IMG/VR virus record: IMGVR_UViG_3300021387_001585
Span: 45,176 to 109,175 of that record
Source: a virus
Taxonomy: Duplodnaviria > Caudoviricetes
Length of the DNA stretch: 64,000 nt
Strand: one strand, 5' to 3'
The stretch's first letter is position 1. The number at the start of each line of letters is the position of its first letter. Shown here one piece after another: positions 59,466 through 64,000 of this stretch. The position numbers and the translations under genes are program-made. The notes beneath the pieces were generated by a model. It was not told the DNA's origin and searched no databases. It saw only the letters and a program-made list of their open reading frames with translations.

Positions 59466-59497
59466 TTAGTTTAAAGTTTAAAGTTGAGAGTTGAGAG

Positions 59498-59527
59498 AGG
59501 GCTGCGCAGAAGCGCGGCCCTTTTTTG
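59498..59527 (+). terminator. intrinsic terminator after the tape measure gene
   Basis: agggctgcgc-agaa-gcgcggccct-TTTTTT. Confidence 0.75.
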
Positions 59528-59528
59528 T

Positions 59529-59571
59529 TGCCCTTGACCCGGAGGCTGGCTGCCATTAAATTGCAGGAAAA
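59529..59571 (+). promoter_or_regulatory. TGCCCTTG-N20-TAAATTGC promoter, copy 4 (left repeat of the glyco cassette)
   Basis: Near-identical to 62102-62144. Confidence 0.7.
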
Positions 59572-59577
59572 GTTGTC

Positions 59578-60486
59578 ATGGATATAGACCTCGTCATCCC
59601 GATGGTGTTCCCCTCAGACCCCGTGTGGCAGCGCGACTATGAGCTGTCGCACGGGGGTACCGCCTTTGCCGCGGCAAGGAATGTCCGCTGGCGCTCATGG
59701 GGCACCGAGGAACTCCTTGTGCGCTGTGTCATGAAGTACATGCCGTGGCTACGCAGAGTCCACCTCCTGCTCGCCTCCGTCTCCCAGGAGCAGCGCTGGA
59801 TGTCCGGCATGGCGGCCGACGGGAATGTCGTCATCCATCATCACGCCGACTTCATCCCGAAGGAGTACCTGCCGTGCTTTGCCTCTCCGTGCATCGAGAT
59901 GTTCCTCGACCGCATCCCCGGCCTCTCGGAACATTTCATCTACGCCAACGACGACATGTTCCCCTTGTCGCCCCTTGATGCCTCTGACTTCTTCCGTCCC
60001 TCCCCTGACGGGCGCCTGCTTCCGTGCCAGCATTTCACAGAGAAGCCTGCCCCTGTCTCTCCGAACATCTTCCAGCGTAAGTGCCGCTATCAGCTGAACA
60101 TGGTCGCCGCCCCCTTCGGCCGTCATTACACGCGCACCTACCTGAAGGCCTCCCATAGCTTCGCCCCTATCCTGAAGTCCAGCTGCGAGGAGGTCTGGCG
60201 CCGCCACGGTGCGGAGATCACGAAATGGCTCTCCCCCGTGCGCCGCACCGACAGAAGCTATAACCACTATATCTACTCCCTGTACCAGCATTTCTCCGGC
60301 CTGTACGTCGACCACGTCCCCCGCGAGCAGTATGCCGGCAGGTCCGCCAGGACGTCCGCCCTTGCCGCCGTCATCCGCGACCCTGCCGCAGGCATCGTCT
60401 GCCTGAACGACAACGAGGACATCGGCGACTGGGAGCGCCGTGCCGCCGTCGTGCGCAGGGAGATATCCGTGAAGCTCAGACAATAG
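59578..60486 (+). CDS. Stealth-family hexose-1-phosphate transferase
   Basis: DIDLV (CR1); ELLVRCVMKYMPWLRRVHL...IEMFLDRIPGLSEHFIYANDDMF (CR2); CLND (CR4). Confidence 0.88.
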   Translation: MDIDLVIPMVFPSDPVWQRDYELSHGGTAFAAARNVRWRSWGTEELLVRCVMKYMPWLRRVHLLLASVSQEQRWMSGMAADGNVVIHHHADFIPKEYLPCFASPCIEMFLDRIPGLSEHFIYANDDMFPLSPLDASDFFRPSPDGRLLPCQHFTEKPAPVSPNIFQRKCRYQLNMVAAPFGRHYTRTYLKASHSFAPILKSSCEEVWRRHGAEITKWLSPVRRTDRSYNHYIYSLYQHFSGLYVDHVPREQYAGRSARTSALAAVIRDPAAGIVCLNDNEDIGDWERRAAVVRREISVKLRQ

Positions 60487-60495
60487 CGAACAAAA

Positions 60496-61353
60496 ATGAC
60501 ATACACAAGCTACAAAGATCTGGCGGACTGCATACGCCGGAACATCTGGAAGGTTCCCGCCGACGTCGACCTGATCGTCGGGATACCGAGGTCCGGGATG
60601 ATACCCGCGCTGATGATTGCCGAGCTGCTGAACAAGCGGTGCGCCGACCTTGACTCGTTCATCGGCGGACGCGAGATGTCGTGCGGCGGCAGGAAGAAGC
60701 TGATGCGCCCCGGAAAGGAGGGGAAGGTGCTCGTCCTCGACGACACCGTCTTCTTCGGGAACGCCATGAGGAAGGCCCGCGAGCGGCTGGAGGCCGTCGC
60801 CACGCGCTACGACATCGTCTACGGCTGCATCTATGCGGAGGGCAGGAATGCCAAGCAGATGGTCGACATCTGGTTCGAGGACATCTGGCGGCCAAGCGAG
60901 AAGATATGGCTCTACGAGTGGAACATCATGCACCACTACGAGAAGAAGACGGAGCTGGCCATGTGGGACATCGACGGCCTTCTCTGCAAGGACCCTCCCG
61001 ACGACCGCGACCGCGCCGCCTACGAGCGCTACCTTCCCGACGCCGTCCCCATGGTCATCCCCTCCGCGAAAGTCGGCGCCCTCGTCACCTACAGGCTGGA
61101 GCGCTACCGCGCCGTCACCGAGAAGTGGCTTCGGCTGCACGGCGTCGAGTACGGCACCCTGAGGATGTTCAGCGCCCCGAGCCGCGAGACGCGCAACAGC
61201 ACTGAAAGCCCTGCCGCCTACAAGGCGCGTATATACGGAGGCGCGACATGGGCGAAGCTGTTCTGCGAGAGCAGCGCACGCCAGGCAGAGCGCATCCACC
61301 AGCTCACCGGCAAGCCGGTGTTCTGCTATGAGAACGGAAAGATGTACATCTAA
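60496..61353 (+). CDS. phosphoribosyltransferase-like domain fused to a HAD-like domain
   Basis: IVGIPRSGMIPA, VLVLDDTVFFG (PRPP loop), WDIDGLL (HAD motif I), LVTYR. Confidence 0.7.
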   Translation: MTYTSYKDLADCIRRNIWKVPADVDLIVGIPRSGMIPALMIAELLNKRCADLDSFIGGREMSCGGRKKLMRPGKEGKVLVLDDTVFFGNAMRKARERLEAVATRYDIVYGCIYAEGRNAKQMVDIWFEDIWRPSEKIWLYEWNIMHHYEKKTELAMWDIDGLLCKDPPDDRDRAAYERYLPDAVPMVIPSAKVGALVTYRLERYRAVTEKWLRLHGVEYGTLRMFSAPSRETRNSTESPAAYKARIYGGATWAKLFCESSARQAERIHQLTGKPVFCYENGKMYI

Positions 61354-61369
61354 ACAGGTAACAGATATC

Positions 61370-62110
61370 ATGATTGCAGCAATCGTACACTACAACACCC
61401 CGAAGCTGACGCGGGCAGCGCTGCTCTCCCTGTGGAAGCACACGCCCGGGTGCAGGGCCGTCGTCTTCGACAACAGCGACCGCAGGCCCTTCGCCGTCCA
61501 CAACGCGCAGTTCACGAGGAACCGCTCCGGGCTCCTCACCGTCATCGACAACACCGAAGGGCAGCACATAGACTTCGGGAAGTGGCTGGAGACGTTCCCC
61601 GACAGGGAGCCGTCGCCGGGCAACAACTACGGCAGCGCCAAGCACTGCCGCTCCGTGCAGTGGCTGTGCGACTACCTCGGCGAGCCGTTCCTGCTGATGG
61701 ACTCCGACGTGCTCGTCAGGCGCGACGTGTCGCCGTTCTTCTCCCACCCGGACTGCGCGTGGGTGGGGGAGCTCGGCGAGAATGTCAGGAAGCGCTTCGG
61801 CTACACGTTCCAGAAGGTGCAGCCGTTCCTGTGCTGGCTGAACGTCCCGTTGATGAGGGAGCACGGCATCTCCTACTTCCACCCCGACTGGATGTGGAAC
61901 CTCACCACGCGCCGCCCGAACCACCGCTACGATACTGGCGCATGGTTCCACCGTGCCGTCCAGGAGGCAGGCCTGCCGACATGCCAGCTCCCTCTTCGCG
62001 AGTATATCATCCACCTCGGCCACGGCTCATGGCGCGACCGCGACGCGATGGCGTGGCTGCAGCGCCACCGCCTGCTCTGGGACGCCGGCACGGCCGTCTG
62101 TTGCCCTTGA
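61370..62110 (+). CDS. GT-A fold glycosyltransferase (GT2-like)
   Basis: IAAIVHYNT...VVFDNS...LLMDSDV (DxD). Confidence 0.7.
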   Translation: MIAAIVHYNTPKLTRAALLSLWKHTPGCRAVVFDNSDRRPFAVHNAQFTRNRSGLLTVIDNTEGQHIDFGKWLETFPDREPSPGNNYGSAKHCRSVQWLCDYLGEPFLLMDSDVLVRRDVSPFFSHPDCAWVGELGENVRKRFGYTFQKVQPFLCWLNVPLMREHGISYFHPDWMWNLTTRRPNHRYDTGAWFHRAVQEAGLPTCQLPLREYIIHLGHGSWRDRDAMAWLQRHRLLWDAGTAVCCP

Positions 62111-62144
62111 CCCGGAGACTGGCAGCCATTAAATTGCAGGAAAA
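62102..62144 (+). promoter_or_regulatory. TGCCCTTG-N20-TAAATTGC promoter, copy 5 (right repeat of the glyco cassette)
   Basis: Direct repeat of 59529-59571. Confidence 0.7.
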
Positions 62145-62157
62145 AGACGGTATTACT

Positions 62158-63432
62158 ATGCTGATAACGACGCAAAACGAAATCATCAGTCTGATGCCGA
62201 CGGCACGCTGGGACCGGCCATCGCAGTTGTTCGGTTATCTGGAGGAAGAAGAGCGCGTAGCGCTTGAACCCCTCCTTGGAACAGAACTGTACCAGCACTT
62301 GTGCGAGGAGTACGAGCGGCTGAAAGACGAATACACAGATATCACCGCGACGACCATCAAGCCCACCGGAGAGTCCAAAGCCAACCCTGAACTTCCCTAC
62401 GCCGATGTGACGGAGCGGCTGAACCGCATTCAGGAAGGCAAGACTGGTTGTGGCTGCCGTATGCCATTTGAGGAGGAAGGCGACGACGTTCCTGCCGACG
62501 ACATGATGACGATACGGCTCATCCGCATCTGTCAGCAGATAGAGTGGTACAAGATGCTGGCACACAAGGCCGGTCTGCTGACGGTTTCGTTCAACGAGGG
62601 CGGCGGCATGAATATGGTGAGTGCGGACGGCTATGAGCCTGCCGACGAGAAGCGTATGGAGCGCGTGGTGAAAGACGCCTGGATGAGTGCCGGCAGGGCT
62701 GTGGACTCTCTGCTGCTGTTCCTGGAGGCCGATGCCAAAGGGAAGAAGCAGTTCACCGAGCTCTGGCAGAAGGCCGATGCCTTCTACCTGCACAAAGACC
62801 TGCTGTTCCAGACGGCCCGTGTGCTGAACGAATATCTCGACATCAAGGGAGAGCGCATGGCCTATGTGGCACTGGTGCGTGATATCCGTTTCTGCCAGAA
62901 CACTTACCTGAAGCCGAGGATAGGCGCGAAGCTGCTGAAGGCACTGGTGACTTTCGCCAATGAGGGCTCGGAGCGTTCTTCTGATGCCGGGGCTGCGACG
63001 GGGTCGCAGCAAACGGAACAGGCTGACCATTTCGAGGAACTGCTCGGAATGCTGCGCACGGCCCTGGCTTTCTACGTGGAGAGCCGACGGACTACCATTA
63101 CGCAAACCACCCTGCTTTCAGGTTCTGGAACATACGCCACAGCGGGTTCCCAGAAAGAAGTGAAGCTGGCGCGGCGGGACTCGATGACCGACGCCCAGCA
63201 GGCTCTTGCCATGGCATGCGAATACATTGAGGAAAATCTCGATGCACTGGGGCAGGCTGTTGTTGGCACACCTATCTACAATGCGATACGCGCACGCGAG
63301 GAACAGGAGGCACGGGAAAAAGCCTGTGCCTGTGCCGCAGCAGAACGGCACCGCAGGGAGATGTGCGAACAGAGCAGCAGGCGGTTGTTCACGGGATTCC
63401 CTCATACGCACAGGACGCCGGAGAGGAAGTAA
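62158..63432 (+). CDS. phage structural hypothetical protein (DUF6712-like, possible head-tail adaptor)
   Basis: Start MLIT follows the promoter; LEPLLGTELY and LKPRIGAKLL form a duplicated motif. Confidence 0.6.
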   Translation: MLITTQNEIISLMPTARWDRPSQLFGYLEEEERVALEPLLGTELYQHLCEEYERLKDEYTDITATTIKPTGESKANPELPYADVTERLNRIQEGKTGCGCRMPFEEEGDDVPADDMMTIRLIRICQQIEWYKMLAHKAGLLTVSFNEGGGMNMVSADGYEPADEKRMERVVKDAWMSAGRAVDSLLLFLEADAKGKKQFTELWQKADAFYLHKDLLFQTARVLNEYLDIKGERMAYVALVRDIRFCQNTYLKPRIGAKLLKALVTFANEGSERSSDAGAATGSQQTEQADHFEELLGMLRTALAFYVESRRTTITQTTLLSGSGTYATAGSQKEVKLARRDSMTDAQQALAMACEYIEENLDALGQAVVGTPIYNAIRAREEQEAREKACACAAAERHRREMCEQSSRRLFTGFPHTHRTPERK

Positions 63433-63472
63433 AGCCCCACCCCGACCCTCCCCCGTAGGGAGGGAGATGGAG

Positions 63473-63508
63473 TGCCCTTGACCGCTGAGAGGCAAACCAT
63501 TACATTTG
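63473..63508 (+). promoter_or_regulatory. TGCCCTTG-N20-TACATTTG promoter, copy 6
   Basis: Same motif upstream of the head protease gene. Confidence 0.65.
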
Positions 63509-63546
63509 CAATAAACGAGGGCTGATTGCCCCAAAACGAACAAGAT

Positions 63547-64000
63547 ATGTTGAGAACTTATTTTCAGGAAACATTCTACGACATGGCCGTGGACGTCGCA
63601 CAGAAATATGCTGAGGGCATCCGCGTGGCCATCCTTGCCGGCACGGACTTCGAGGGTGAGAAGCAGAAAGGCTTCTTCCTGTCGAAGAACCGCGGCTTTG
63701 AGGATAAGCTGTACGTGGGCGACATTCACCGCATTGAGAACCACCTGTATTGGAACGACGAGGAACTGGCCGACGACGACCAGATCGTGAACGTGGTGGT
63801 CATCGACGGTCCTGTGACGCGCGACGGTGACGGTTGCTCGTATGGGTCGAAAGACCAGCGAGACCAAATCATGTATGCGAACACCATTCCGCAGGTAGTC
63901 GGTCACATCTTCATCCTGAACACTCCCGGCGGTGCTGCCAGTGCCCGCATCGACTACGAGCAGGCCATTGACGACTGCCGCGAGAAAGGAAAACCCACCG
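63547..64000 (+). CDS. S49/ClpP-like prohead protease (partial)
   Basis: Translated by hand: MLRTYFQ...VVVIDGPVTR...CSYGS...IFILNTPGG...KGKP; runs off the window edge. Confidence 0.75.
   Translation, partial: MLRTYFQETFYDMAVDVAQKYAEGIRVAILAGTDFEGEKQKGFFLSKNRGFEDKLYVGDIHRIENHLYWNDEELADDDQIVNVVVIDGPVTRDGDGCSYGSKDQRDQIMYANTIPQVVGHIFILNTPGGAASARIDYEQAIDDCREKGKPT

Noticed and set aside
61432-62157. N-terminal 242 aa of the 666-aa track ORF
   Set aside because: It overlaps the GT gene in another frame; the promoter at 62102 supports a start at 62158.

Overview
64-kb slice of a large Bacteroidales (Prevotella-like) tailed phage that also carries a plasmid-type replicon, i.e. a probable phage-plasmid. 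No integrase is visible in this window. Left arm (1-17 kb, minus strand, behind a TTTG-N20-TATCTTTG promoter): accessory/early genes including a DarB-like N6-adenine methylase, a truncated beta-clamp homologue, a stand-alone MutS domain I protein, a DUF932-like protein and a 530-aa reverse transcriptase. Middle (22-28.5 kb): Rep_3-type initiator with iterons, DnaA_N/DnaC-like ATPase, DEDDh-BRCT exonuclease, and ParA plus a small partner with TATTG repeats. Right arm: DNA methylase, GH108 endolysin, terminase, probable portal, a minus-strand accessory block (YopX, SF2 helicase, ASCH), a 3906-aa tape measure protein, a Stealth/PRTase-HAD/GT2 cassette and an S49 head protease. Main finding: downstream of the RT lie two arrays (3142-4037 and 5181-6057) of ten ~150-175-nt structured RNA units, split by one 359-aa gene. 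Each unit has an invariant CTNTA-N7-GAT motif, two covarying long-range pairings (a closing stem and a loop pseudoknot) and a different long imperfect hairpin. This looks like an RT with a multiplexed array of retron-like templates, not a CRISPR, DGR or group II intron; the function is inferred, not shown. Other findings: tRNA-like T-arm elements, a strand-biased ATAG-rich non-coding region, a six-copy TGCCCTTG-N20-TANNTT promoter, and several dispersed mini-repeat families.
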